A DNA stretch of 64,000 nt from Candidatus Bathyarchaeota archaeon (GTDB lineage: Archaea > Thermoproteota > Bathyarchaeia > 40CM-2-53-6). Position numbers and translations under genes: made by a program. The notes below the pieces were generated by a model. That model searched no databases, was not told where the DNA came from, and saw nothing but the letters and a program-made list of their open reading frames with translations. The stretch covers positions 864,001 to 928,000 of the forward strand of contig CAVSBL010000002.1 of NCBI GenBank assembly GCA_963726255.1. Direction: 5' to 3'. Positions 50,239 to 60,469 of this stretch are shown in pieces (positions within the stretch are counted from its first letter, which is position 1; each line of letters begins with the position of its first letter).

Positions 50239-50517
50239 CCCCACAAAACGCAAGTCATTAGAACCCGAAAGCGTATTCGTTTTTCTCGTAACAAAAGCAC
50301 GATTTTCCACATTCCAGATTTCGGCTTTTGAGAGACGGGCCCACCGGCCCCACCAATTACGCCCCAAGCATCAGACAATACATACAACCGCGGGAAATAC
50401 TGAAATTGCGGCAATAGCGCTACGATGTCACCATATCGGCGAAAGTAAGCTGAACCCGCCATAAAAGGCGTATAGAAAGCCAGAGGCTGATAGCATTTTG
50501 CAGATTTACTCAAAAGC

Positions 50518-51267
50518 CTAAGGGAATAACTTGTACACAATCAAACCGATAGCCATTAGGTCTACGGCGAGCACGATTAGTTTAAGTGATTTCTCAGGCC
50601 TCGCCAAGAGTTGAGGTGTATTCATCGTTTGTCGAGTGCCGTCCGCAAACCGCACCTCAGTCAGGGAACTTCTCCGCCTGAAATCTTTGCACCAACGTGA
50701 CAGGTTGATTTCAATGCCCGCGGTGGCCGCCATGGCTAACGCAACCAGAACGGCCTCGCTTGTTACCGTCAATGCGTTAACGTAATAGCTTATCAGCGTC
50801 GGTAGCGCTGCCCACGAAAAAGCAAACCAGATGTCACTATGGAATGCCCCACTGAAGGCTTCAGTGTTGTAGGCGAAGAGGAAGAAGGTCTCCAGGATTA
50901 TGAATGCCAGAAGGGTCAATGGGGGCACGATCGAGCCGGACGCTGCGAACAATTCGAGCATACCATAACTCCCGATAACTACCGCTGCAACAAGTGGGAG
51001 CGAAAACAGAACAGTCAACTCACGTTTCCCCAACGCCTCTGTCCAGTGGCTTACGTGCAACTCATTCAAAGCGTGCGCAGACAGCCCAAGCCCGAGAAAG
51101 TATGCCACGAGGGTGAGAACGAGCCGATCTGGGTGGAGGTTGGGTGAGACCGATGCTCCGATTAGAACGAATGAAAGTACCATTGAGGTATACGGCAAAT
51201 GCATGATCGTGTAGAACTCGCGGAGCCTACTGCCGCCCCGCGCATACCAAGCCCCATTCGCTCTCAA
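50518..51267 (-). CDS. Multi-TM membrane protein, UbiA-prenyltransferase-like
   Basis: HLPYTSMVLSF, HALNEL, LFAYN, HSDIWFAFSWAALP. Confidence 0.65.
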   Translation of the reverse strand: MRANGAWYARGGSRLREFYTIMHLPYTSMVLSFVLIGASVSPNLHPDRLVLTLVAYFLGLGLSAHALNELHVSHWTEALGKRELTVLFSLPLVAAVVIGSYGMLELFAASGSIVPPLTLLAFIILETFFLFAYNTEAFSGAFHSDIWFAFSWAALPTLISYYVNALTVTSEAVLVALAMAATAGIEINLSRWCKDFRRRSSLTEVRFADGTRQTMNTPQLLARPEKSLKLIVLAVDLMAIGLIVYKLFP

Positions 51268-51374
51268 ACACCCACCCCAATCATCAGCCGAAGACCAAAC
51301 AGAACCAGTCTTTCCTCCGTCGTCATAATTGAAATATTGTTATGTGAATGTCTTTGGGCTGGCTTAGTAGCAAT

Positions 51375-51399
51375 GCGGCCGCAGTCTAGCTTGGTCTAG
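51375..51399 (+). repeat. Second partial copy of the tRNA-Gly 5' end
   Basis: GCGGCCGCAGTCTAGCTTGGTCTAG vs 61550..61574, 2 mismatches in 25. Confidence 0.75.
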
Positions 51400-51721
51400 T
51401 TGGTTGTTTTGGTGAGGTCTTAGCGGCTTTGTGTTCTGGAGGGGCCTAGACTACTTCGGTATCCGCTAGTGGGCTTTCGTGTACTTCGTAGCTTTAATCG
51501 GGGCTCGTAGGATCTTCAATGCTCTCATAATTGCCCAATCTTTCAGCAAGGCCTATGCCCATTTTCCTGGATGGCTCGTGCTTGTGTTGCTTTCCTCTCT
51601 TTTGGTTACGCAATTTCCTTCGGGCTTAAGACGAGTTCCCCTTCTTCGCGGGAAAGCAGGAGGGCGGTGTGGGGCAGCCAAAACAAGTCTTGAGGAAGAT
51701 GTGTGCGTTCCCTTGGCATTG

Positions 51722-52615
51722 CTATTTGCTTACTTTCCCTAATGTTTTCAGTATTGATTTGAGTTGTTCCAGCTCATTCGAGCCTGGTGGCATCAACGGT
51801 CCTCTCGGTTTCCCGCCGTGCTTTCCGAGCATATCTAGCCCGGCTTTCGACAGGGCGGCAAACATGCCAGTATCCTCGAAGAGGTTTCCCATAGGCAGTA
51901 GGTTATTGTACAATTTGCTCGCTCCTCCAAGATCCTTCTCAAGAACCGCGAGCTCGTAAAGTTCTGAGCACTCTCTCGGAAGGACATTGGCTGCAACGCA
52001 GATCCAACCTTTGGCACCCATCGCAAATGATTCAAACGCCAAGTTGTCAGCTCCGGCGAAGACGGTGAGCTTGTCATTCGTTAGCTGGCGGATTTTCCAG
52101 ATTCTAGTTATATCACCGCTGCTCTCCTTAACGTGTGTTATGTTCCGAAGTTTTGAGAGCCTCTCAATCAGTTCAGGTTTCATATCCACTTTGCTCGTGA
52201 ACGGATTGTTATAGATCATTATTGGAATGTTAACGGCCTTCGAGATGGCGGAGTAGTGTTGATAGATTTCCTCATCTTTCGGTTTACTGTAAAACGGCGG
52301 GACGATGAGCAAACCGTCTGCGCCCGCATCTTCAGCAAACTTCGACATTTCAACAGTGTATTTCGTCGAGCAGTGTGCCGTCCCAGCGAGCAGAGGGATT
52401 CTACCGTTGACTTGGTCAACTGCGGTCTCAATGAGTTCCTTATGCTCGTCAGGGTGGAGCGTTGCGAACTCTCCAGTACTACCGCCAACAACGAGCCCAT
52501 GAACTCTATTCTCGATGTAGAAATCGATGTTTGACCTGAATGCGTCGAGGTCAAGGTCTTCGTTGCTCTTGAACGGCGTCACCATGACGCAAAAAGTTCC
52601 TTCAATCTTCTTCAA
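51722..52615 (-). CDS. DapA/N-acetylneuraminate-lyase family aldolase
   Basis: GGSTGE, PPFY, IYNNP, VKESSGD. Confidence 0.9.
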   Translation of the reverse strand: MKKIEGTFCVMVTPFKSNEDLDLDAFRSNIDFYIENRVHGLVVGGSTGEFATLHPDEHKELIETAVDQVNGRIPLLAGTAHCSTKYTVEMSKFAEDAGADGLLIVPPFYSKPKDEEIYQHYSAISKAVNIPIMIYNNPFTSKVDMKPELIERLSKLRNITHVKESSGDITRIWKIRQLTNDKLTVFAGADNLAFESFAMGAKGWICVAANVLPRECSELYELAVLEKDLGGASKLYNNLLPMGNLFEDTGMFAALSKAGLDMLGKHGGKPRGPLMPPGSNELEQLKSILKTLGKVSK

Positions 52616-52726
52616 GACGAACGTACCCGGGCGACGTAGCCAGCCTCTTGCTATAAGCTTAATGTCAGAATCTCAAGGGAACTGAGAAGGACTCAGCATG
52701 AGCGGATTGCAGCAAAAGCAAACTGA

Positions 52727-53830
52727 TCACATTGAAGCGCGGTTCTCCTGGATGAGTTTCATGTCTGGGGTCATACCCAGCCCGGGGTCTGTTGGAACTT
52801 CAAGCGAGCCCCTTTCCAGCCTGATAGAATCCTTAACGGCCATCCTTTGAAATGCTAGCTCTGTGAATTCGCAGGCATAAGGCAGGTTTTCCAATGAAGC
52901 TGCGAGCTGCAGTTTCGCTGCGACTGCAACGCATGATTCAAGTTCCGTTCCAATGATGCACGGGATGCCCACCGCTTCTGCCGTTGTGTAGATGTCGAGA
53001 GAGTTCTTCAAGCCGCCAGCCTTAGTGATTTTAATGTTGATTATGTCCGCGGCTTCTGCTCTTGCAACCTTAATCACGTCCTGTGGAGTCCAGACGCTCT
53101 CGTCAACCATTACGGGGACACCCGTTGTTTTCCGTAGCCATGCAAGGCCTTCCAGATCCCAGCCGGGAAGCGGTTGTTCGATGTAACTGATTTCCTCACG
53201 CGCAAGGACCTTGAGGGCTCGGAGAGTGTCGAGGCGTGACCACCCTGCGTTTGGGTCGACTCTCAGTTCGATGTCTGAGCCTGCCGCGTCCCGAATCGCT
53301 TTGATACCCTTGACCTCATCATCGACATTTCTGCCGGCCTTGACTTTGATGACTTTGAAACCCAACTCAATGAGGCGGCGGGCTTCTCGAACCATTTCTT
53401 CGGGATCAACTATCGCTATCTCAGACGCAGCCTCTATGCTGGTTCTTTGTCTGCCACCTAGCAAGGTACTTGCTGGAACTTCGAGGGCTTTGCCCGCTAA
53501 ATCATAGAGCGCTGTATCGATGCCCGTCTTAGCGATGAATGCGGCTCCATGGATGGAATTCATGAGCGAAGTAGCCTTGCGTATGTTGAGCGGATCCTCC
53601 CCCAACAACTTTGGTCCAAGGTAATTCCGAATCGCAGCAGTTACCGTCTCCAATGTTTCTCCATAGAACCCCACAGTGACTGTGCAGGGAGCCTCACCGA
53701 AGCCAACTGTACCATTATCAGCGTCGATTTCGACGAGCACAAATTGCCCCGTCGGATAATCGGAATATGCATCACTGAACTGTCGCATCGGCACGCGGAC
53801 AGGGTATGCCTGAACTTTCGTGATTTGCAT
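52727..53830 (-). CDS. Enolase-superfamily enzyme (MLE/dipeptide-epimerase subgroup)
   Basis: KVKAG, RVDPN, IEQP, VDES, NIKITKAGG. Confidence 0.9.
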   Translation of the reverse strand: MQITKVQAYPVRVPMRQFSDAYSDYPTGQFVLVEIDADNGTVGFGEAPCTVTVGFYGETLETVTAAIRNYLGPKLLGEDPLNIRKATSLMNSIHGAAFIAKTGIDTALYDLAGKALEVPASTLLGGRQRTSIEAASEIAIVDPEEMVREARRLIELGFKVIKVKAGRNVDDEVKGIKAIRDAAGSDIELRVDPNAGWSRLDTLRALKVLAREEISYIEQPLPGWDLEGLAWLRKTTGVPVMVDESVWTPQDVIKVARAEAADIINIKITKAGGLKNSLDIYTTAEAVGIPCIIGTELESCVAVAAKLQLAASLENLPYACEFTELAFQRMAVKDSIRLERGSLEVPTDPGLGMTPDMKLIQENRASM

Positions 53831-54026
53831 AAGCTAATGCTTGTGCTGTGAATGTAAATTGCTTTTCGTTCGAACGAAAACGCGGTCGTTTTGCGCGGCT
53901 TCTGTTTGATTTCAGCCAATGGCCGCGAGCATCCGACCCGCCTTGGCATCAGGCCGGAGATGGAAGTGCTGGGCAAGCGAATAAGAGTCTTAAGTAAGAG
54001 TCACAGCCGTTTAAGACTGAAGCCGG

Positions 54027-54970
54027 ATGACACACCACGGCATCACCCGAATTCTCTTTTCCGGAGACGTCCACGGATCGGAAAAGGCGTTCATGAAATT
54101 CCTCAATGCAGGAAAAATGTTTCAAGCAAACGTTTTGATCCTTAGCGGCGATCTAACCGGCAAAGTTTTGATCCCGATAATACGCGACGGCTACGAATTC
54201 AGTGCCGACGTCCTGGGCCGAATACACACTGCAAGAACGGACCAGGAGTTGTCGGAACTTCAAAAAGACCTCAGAAACGCGGGTTACTACTATTTTGACA
54301 GCACGGCGACAGAAGTCGAGAAGTTGAACAACGACAAAGTTGAAGTCGACCGCTTTTTGCGAAATTGATGGATGAGAGGATTCAAAGATGGATTCAATTA
54401 GCCGAAGAGCGCCTGAAGGATACAGACATTCGATGTTACATTAGCCCTGGGAACGATGACCGCTTCTCGATTGACAAGATTCTAAGCGGCTCGGACTTTG
54501 TGATCAATCCGGAGCATACAGTCGCGCAGATCGACGAATATCATGAGATGATTACTTTAGGGTGGAGCAACCCCACTCCTTGGAACAGCCACAGGGAATG
54601 TTCAGAGGAGGAGCTACGCAAGAAGATCGAGTCCCTTGCCTCCAAAGTTGTAAACATGGATAACTGTATCTTCAACCTCCATTGTCCGCCCTACAACTCG
54701 CATCTTGATATGGCTCCCAAGATAGAAGAGGGACTGGAAGCATCAGCTCATACAATGCCCGTTGGAAGCACAGCAGTCCGCGAAGCCATTGAAAAGCATC
54801 GACCACTCCTCGGATTGCACGGTCACATCCATGAATCAAGGGGGCATGTAAAGATTGGTCGGACTTGGTGTTTCAACCCTGGGAGCGAATACACTGAAGG
54901 TATTCTGCGAGCTTACTTGATTAACGTAGACCAGAAAGGCGTCAAAAGCTATCAGCCCGTGTCGGGGTAG
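54027..54970 (+). CDS. Icc-like metallophosphoesterase; one-base frameshift at the T-run ~54355
   Basis: DVHG, GDLTG, PGNDD, HCPP, LHGHIHE, NPGS. Confidence 0.88.
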
Positions 54971-55309
54971 TGACAATCATCCAATCTTAAGCTTCGAAGT
55001 AGATCGTGCGGAGTGCACCAGAAAGATCCGCCTAGGTGTTTCTCCTCTGCAAAACTTGATATGCACTGATACCAGGTTCCATTTTATGTGACGGTTCAAC
55101 CTGCGTAAATTGAAAACGACCAATGTTACGGTTTGCATCGTAGAATAGGAAAATTCACTAAGATTTTGCCCAGCAATTCGACAGATCGTTAGAAGTGATT
55201 ATTCGATGTCTGAGTAACCGTTAGAGCGCGAATTTTTTTCGATCTTATTCTCCGTTCGCTATGGGAATTGTTAAATACATCAAAGAAACAACAAGCGCGA
55301 GGAAGGTTT

Positions 55310-56941
55310 TTGAAGAAAAGCTCTTCTTCATATTTTCTTAGGGAAGCAACAGGACTAGTACGAGAGTGGAACGTATCCGACGCCTTCATGTACTGCGTTC
55401 TCCAAGCAGCGGTACCCATATTCTTCGCCTTGGTATATGCGCAAGGAGCTTGGATGTTCCCTGCCGGCAACATGACTGCATCGACTCTTATCAGCGCAGT
55501 CGGAGCCAGCCTCACCGGGCTAATGTATGTGGCTCTAATCGCTATGATGCCTCGTAGCGGAGGCGATTACGTTTTCAACAGTAGAATCGTGCATCCTGCG
55601 TGGGGCATGATGGTCGCCGGTGGATGGACCATTGTTTGGCAGATAATATGGAATGGTGCGGTGATGCCTGGTTTCATGGCGACCTCAATTTTCGGACCTT
55701 GGTTCCTAACCTATGGAATGGTTTTCAATAACCAAGCGATGATTAGTTTAGGCAACTGGTTCTTTACGACCCCTGCCATCCCGGTGGTTATGCTTGCTCT
55801 ATTTGCCGTAGTCATCCTTCTACATGTGATAGGTATGCGTGGGTACGCTAGAGTCCAGTACTTCCTGTTCGCTTTGATGTGCGTTGCATTCATTATTCCT
55901 GTGGTGGTCTTGCTTGCGTTGGGACCGGCAGGTTGGAAAAGTGCATTCAACGAATTCGTTTCCCAGCAGTACGGTACGCAGGACGGCTATTCGGCGGTTA
56001 TCACGACTGCAGCCAAGTATGGGTTTGCCCCTTCAACTTCTATTGATTTCACGCAGACTCTGATGTTGATGCCCTTCATTTATACTCCCCTTGCCTTCTG
56101 CCAATGGATTGCGGAGAACGCTGGCGAGACCAAGGGTGCAGACAGTATGAAGGCCAATGCGAAGGCGATCTTAGGCTCGATCTGGTTCTTGGCGATCATA
56201 ATAATTGCGACGTCGCTCACCGTTGTCTACGTAATGGGTCAGAACTTCCTGGGTTCAATTGGTTACCTGTTCTTCCAAGGAGCACCCGAATACGCAAACT
56301 TCCTACCGCAACCTCCATACCTGTATTTCCTTGCTTCTATCGCCATCAGAAACCCTATAGTCATATCGCTCCTTTTCATCGGTCTGATAGCCAACAGTCT
56401 AAACATACCATATAACACGGCACTCGCCGGATCAAGGAATATGATGGCGATGTCCTTTGATCGCGTCTTCTTTGAGAAAGCGGCACACGTCAGCGACAGA
56501 TGGCACTTCCCCACCTATGCGGTGCTTGCAATGTACATTGTACCTGTAGCATTGCTTCCAATCTATCTTTTCACAAGCTTCTCGACAATCGTGGCCGGAA
56601 TCTCGGTTGGCGTCACTGGCCTCTTCATTGGCACAGGCATTTCGGCACTAATCGTTCCGTGGAAGCGCCCGGACATCTATAAGGCATCAGCAATTTCCAA
56701 ATACTCAATCGTAGGCGTTCCGCTGATAAGCATAATCGCATTGCTGTCTATGGGCTTTACCTCAGTCGATTTGTACATCTTGCTCTCAAACCCGGGTTTC
56801 GGTCTGATCAATGTCCCGTCTTACGTATTCTTGGCCGCCACCTATCTGCTCTGGGTGCCGGTCTACTTCGCCTTCAAGTGGTACAGAAAGAAGCAGGGTA
56901 TTGATGTCTCTCTTGCGTTCAAAGAGATACCGCCGGAGTAA
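55310..56941 (+). CDS. APC family amino acid permease
   Basis: FLREATGLVRE, MPRSGGDY, SR..AMSFDR, about 12 TMs, FKEIPPE. Confidence 0.92.
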   Translation: MKKSSSSYFLREATGLVREWNVSDAFMYCVLQAAVPIFFALVYAQGAWMFPAGNMTASTLISAVGASLTGLMYVALIAMMPRSGGDYVFNSRIVHPAWGMMVAGGWTIVWQIIWNGAVMPGFMATSIFGPWFLTYGMVFNNQAMISLGNWFFTTPAIPVVMLALFAVVILLHVIGMRGYARVQYFLFALMCVAFIIPVVVLLALGPAGWKSAFNEFVSQQYGTQDGYSAVITTAAKYGFAPSTSIDFTQTLMLMPFIYTPLAFCQWIAENAGETKGADSMKANAKAILGSIWFLAIIIIATSLTVVYVMGQNFLGSIGYLFFQGAPEYANFLPQPPYLYFLASIAIRNPIVISLLFIGLIANSLNIPYNTALAGSRNMMAMSFDRVFFEKAAHVSDRWHFPTYAVLAMYIVPVALLPIYLFTSFSTIVAGISVGVTGLFIGTGISALIVPWKRPDIYKASAISKYSIVGVPLISIIALLSMGFTSVDLYILLSNPGFGLINVPSYVFLAATYLLWVPVYFAFKWYRKKQGIDVSLAFKEIPPE

Positions 56942-57009
56942 CTGATCCTCTATCTTTAGATTTCTCGTACCGTTTTCCAACCGCCCTTTTGAGTAGCGAG
57001 ACGTAGCCC

Positions 57010-57795
57010 ATGCCTGAATCCAACATGGTTGACGAGGCAATGCGAATTCTAGAGATCGCGCGCAAGCGTGGGGTGGTACTTCGAGCTTTAGGCGGCATTG
57101 GCATAAGGTTAAGCTGTGATGAAAGCACAAAACCCGAATTTGCCAGAACCTACAATGACCTTGACTTTATCGGACACCGCGAGCAGGCTCAGCAGATCAG
57201 GGGGCTCTTCACAGAACTCGGTTACCTGCCGAGCAAGACATTCAACGCTCTTCACGGAAGAGAACGCTTGATCTTCAACGACTCGGATAACAGTGGACAT
57301 GTTGACATTTTCCTTGACCGTTTCCGCATGTGTCACACTTTCGATCTGATGGACCGCTTGGAGATTTGCGAGAACTCGTTGTCACCATCCGACTTATTCA
57401 TGACGAAGATCCAAGTGGTTGTGACTGCTGAAAAAGACTTCAAAGACTTAGTCTGCCTACTGGCAAGCAAGGAGATCGGTTGCAAGGACAATGCCCATGT
57501 CATAAATATCGAACATGTAGCGGGAATCTGCGCAAGAGATTGGGGAATATACATGACCGTGACGACAAATCTTGGCAAAACACTCGATTATCTGGCCAAC
57601 ATGCCATTGACAGACGAAAAGAAAAAAGAGATTTGTTCTAAGGCAAAGAAAATGATTGATCTAATTGAGCAGAAACCGAAATCTCTAGCTTGGAGGGCAA
57701 GAGCGTGCGTCGGTACAAAGAAACGATGGTATGACCTTCCGGAAGACAAGGAGAGAAAAATCGCGAGCCAATCTACAAAGGAGAGATCAGCATAA
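57010..57795 (+). CDS. Nucleotidyltransferase-like protein (paralog 2)
   Basis: ALGGIGI...RTYNDLDF, VDIFLD.F.MCH, TKIQ, DWGIY. Confidence 0.75.
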   Translation: MPESNMVDEAMRILEIARKRGVVLRALGGIGIRLSCDESTKPEFARTYNDLDFIGHREQAQQIRGLFTELGYLPSKTFNALHGRERLIFNDSDNSGHVDIFLDRFRMCHTFDLMDRLEICENSLSPSDLFMTKIQVVVTAEKDFKDLVCLLASKEIGCKDNAHVINIEHVAGICARDWGIYMTVTTNLGKTLDYLANMPLTDEKKKEICSKAKKMIDLIEQKPKSLAWRARACVGTKKRWYDLPEDKERKIASQSTKERSA

Positions 57796-57847
57796 TGGCG
57801 TACTGTTTAGTACTTCTTGCATACAAAATCTCAGATGACGAGTGGGT

Positions 57848-58048
57848 CTAGTTGTCCAGGACTTCAGAGTCTATGCGAGATTGAAATTCTCGGCTTAGCA
57901 TAAGGTCGCCGATCTTGAGTTTGCCGAAGTCTTTTCTGGCTATGGCATTGCTTGTTCGGCCTACCAGCATCATTCCTTCAACGCCTAGGTTTAGGATTCC
58001 CGCATTCTGATCTACTAGTTCGCCTGTGGCGGCAGCCATGATCGGCAA
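57848..58048 (-). pseudogene. Fragment of an ABC (nucleoside-type) permease
   Basis: AATGELVDQNAGILNLGVEGMMLVG, then unrelated sequence. Confidence 0.6.
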
Positions 58049-58070
58049 GGCTCTAAATTAGAAACCCACC

Positions 58071-58934
58071 TCAATTCAAAATGAATTTTCTTACTGTTTG
58101 AAGATATTCATCCTGTTCCTCCCACATCGGCAGGTGGGCACTATTTTCGAAAATTCTCAATCTTGAACCTTTGATTGCGTGGTGGATTCCTTGTGCGATT
58201 CTTGGGGTCACCTCATCATGCCTACCACCAGTCACTAGTGTGGGAGCAGTAATCTGTGAAAGGCTAGCCTTGAAGTCCAGATTTTTGAGGTTTCCAAGCG
58301 CCGTGAATTCGTTTGGACCCCACATCGTGAAATACACAGGTACGCTTGTTTCGTTCAGTGTCCGAGTCACTTCCTCTGGCCATTGTGGTAATCTACAGAA
58401 GAATTCACGATAGAACACGTCAACAGCCTTCAGGTATTCTGGGTGTGAGAAGGCCCACTTCGCTTCGTACTTCGCAAGAGTTTCCTGAACATCCTTAGGG
58501 AGTAATGTTTTGAGCCGGTTCATTTCTTCGACGCATTCGTGAGTGCTGACCAAGGCGCCAGTAACTATTAGTTTCTTAATGTTCTGTTGGTATTTCAGCG
58601 CACACAATAGGGCTAGCATGCCACCCCACGAGGATCCCATGAGGTTTATCTTGCCAAGGCCAAGGGTCTTCCTGAGTTCCTCGACCTCATCCACGTAATG
58701 ATCGGCTGTGAAAAGAGTGGTGTCAAGTGGTTTCTGTGATTTTCCACAACCAAGCTGATCATACAAAATGACTCTCAGATTTTCATCGCCTAGCTTTGCA
58801 AGGGGGAGCAAATAGTCGTGCATTGCTCCCGGTCCACCGTGGAGACATAGCAGAACGTTACTGCCTTTGCCGAAGACTCTATAGAAAAGTCTGAATCCCT
58901 TGACGATTACATAGGCGCCGTTTTCATTCTCCAA
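58071..58934 (-). CDS. pip: Proline iminopeptidase family (paralog 2)
   Basis: LHGGPG, GSSWGG, GPNEF, GRHDE, SAH; SD GGAGGTG. Confidence 0.9.
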   Translation of the reverse strand: MENENGAYVIVKGFRLFYRVFGKGSNVLLCLHGGPGAMHDYLLPLAKLGDENLRVILYDQLGCGKSQKPLDTTLFTADHYVDEVEELRKTLGLGKINLMGSSWGGMLALLCALKYQQNIKKLIVTGALVSTHECVEEMNRLKTLLPKDVQETLAKYEAKWAFSHPEYLKAVDVFYREFFCRLPQWPEEVTRTLNETSVPVYFTMWGPNEFTALGNLKNLDFKASLSQITAPTLVTGGRHDEVTPRIAQGIHHAIKGSRLRIFENSAHLPMWEEQDEYLQTVRKFILN

Positions 58935-59273
58935 TTCCCGACACCTCCTCTATGAGATCGTTAGCTTTCTCACAGGCTTCCATAGTCTGTTGGAGCTCGA
59001 ATCTGTTCCATTCGTCATACTCTATTACCAATGTGCGCCATCCGCTCGATCAAATCATTAGTCAGACTCACAATGAACTAGCCGTCTTTCCTTCCACTCC
59101 TACTACTCCTCATACAAAATAGTTTGACGGTCGATTCACCACTACGGATTCGTTGTAGCTGTTCCGAGCAATGAATATACCAAAACTAGCGATATTTCGT
59201 CTTTTCAGGCAATTTTTGTCCAGACTTTGATGCAAAGCGGGAAGATTGAAGAGATCACAAAAATAGCTCAGAC

Positions 59274-59300
59274 TGTGCGCACGACTAATACGACACACAC
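59274..59300 (+). repeat. Degenerate dispersed palindrome copy
   Basis: TGTGCGCACGACTAATACGACACACAC followed by GAAAA, as at 7721..7732. Confidence 0.65.
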
Positions 59301-59414
59301 GAAAAACCGCAAAAGACTTGAGCAACAGCCGGCGAATACGGATAGTGCCGGGTTGGGATTTGGGCCCGCGAGGCAATTCACTAAGATGCATGCTAGTTCT
59401 CGCACTAGTTCCCG

Positions 59415-60151
59415 GTGAGGAATCGTTTGCCTGATTCTCTTGCGGTCCCCATTCTCAGACAGCTGATTCCTAGTGGTATCGATTACGGATCTTCCTTGCT
59501 CATTGAATTCGAACCCGACTCGATGTGGTATGAAACTTCGATGAGCATCGCAGCTCAAGCAGTGCGGGAAGGAATAAAGACCGTTTATCATGTCTATGCG
59601 CATCTGCCCAGCGGGGGAGGGGTACCTTCAGTCGTTTGGGCTTAGACACCAGGAAGTTGGAGGAACAGGAAGTCTTCGAACTTGTCGACAGCTACACGGT
59701 TCAAACTGGAATCGGCGGACCAGAGAAAGAATACGCCATAACCAAGTCTCTCAAGCTCTCTGAAACAAGCATCTTCTATTCGCAGGCCCTCAAGAGTGGC
59801 AAGATCCCTAAGGATTGGAAACGCTGGTTACACGTGGATGACGACGCAACGATTCAGCTGAAATACAATTCTGAGAGTGCAATAATCGAATTCCAACGAA
59901 CCAGAGGGCTCCCTGTGTTGGCAGCGTATGAGGAGATACAGTTGAATCCGATCTTGAAAGGTGTCGCCTCCGCAGCCTTCTACAAGGAGATGGAGTCACT
60001 CTCGACCGGAGTACTGGACGTCAAGAGCGAAGAGAAAGAGGGCGCCATCGAGAGCTATTTGAGAGTGAGGGCCTTGAGGGGGAAGAAGTTCGACTCACGA
60101 TGGCACCAACTGCAGCTTCAGGATAACGGAGAGGTTGCACTTGCCGACTAG
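59415..60151 (+). CDS. KaiC/RAD55-like ATPase-fold protein with degenerate Walker A; frameshift at the G-run ~59612
   Basis: [43 protein letters not shown]. Confidence 0.75.
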
Positions 60152-60200
60152 TTTTCGTGTATGCCCCCAAATTCAGACTGCTGTTCAGGCCTCGATTTAC

Positions 60201-60230
60201 ATGTGAGCACCATTAGACCCACACACACCA
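60201..60230 (+). repeat. Dispersed palindrome copy
   Basis: ATGTGAGCACCATTAGACCCACACACACCA. Confidence 0.88.
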
Positions 60231-60469
60231 AGAACCGGAAATCCACAACCGGCGGTTCTTCACTTGATGTGGACCATTGGTTAATGAGTTGCACCTACTT
60301 GTGCGGCAGAATCTGTAGGTCGAAGCGCCCTCCACCGAATCAAGAGGAAGGAGGCGTTTCATTCCTACTCATGAGCATTTGGAGCACGGAGTACACGAGT
60401 CTTGAAACAGTGTGAGCACGGCCCAAGGTCCAAGTTTATCTCCACGTGCGAAACTCTAGCTTGGACCAA

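Noticed and set aside
291-60151. Split genes (CDF ~710, cyclophilin-like ~10937, herA ~28818, amt ~39210, phosphoesterase ~54355, KaiC-like ~59612) as programmed frameshifts or pseudogenes
   Set aside because: Each is repaired by a one-base indel, mostly in short homopolymer runs, and both halves look intact. This is the typical pattern of long-read consensus errors; read-level confirmation is needed.
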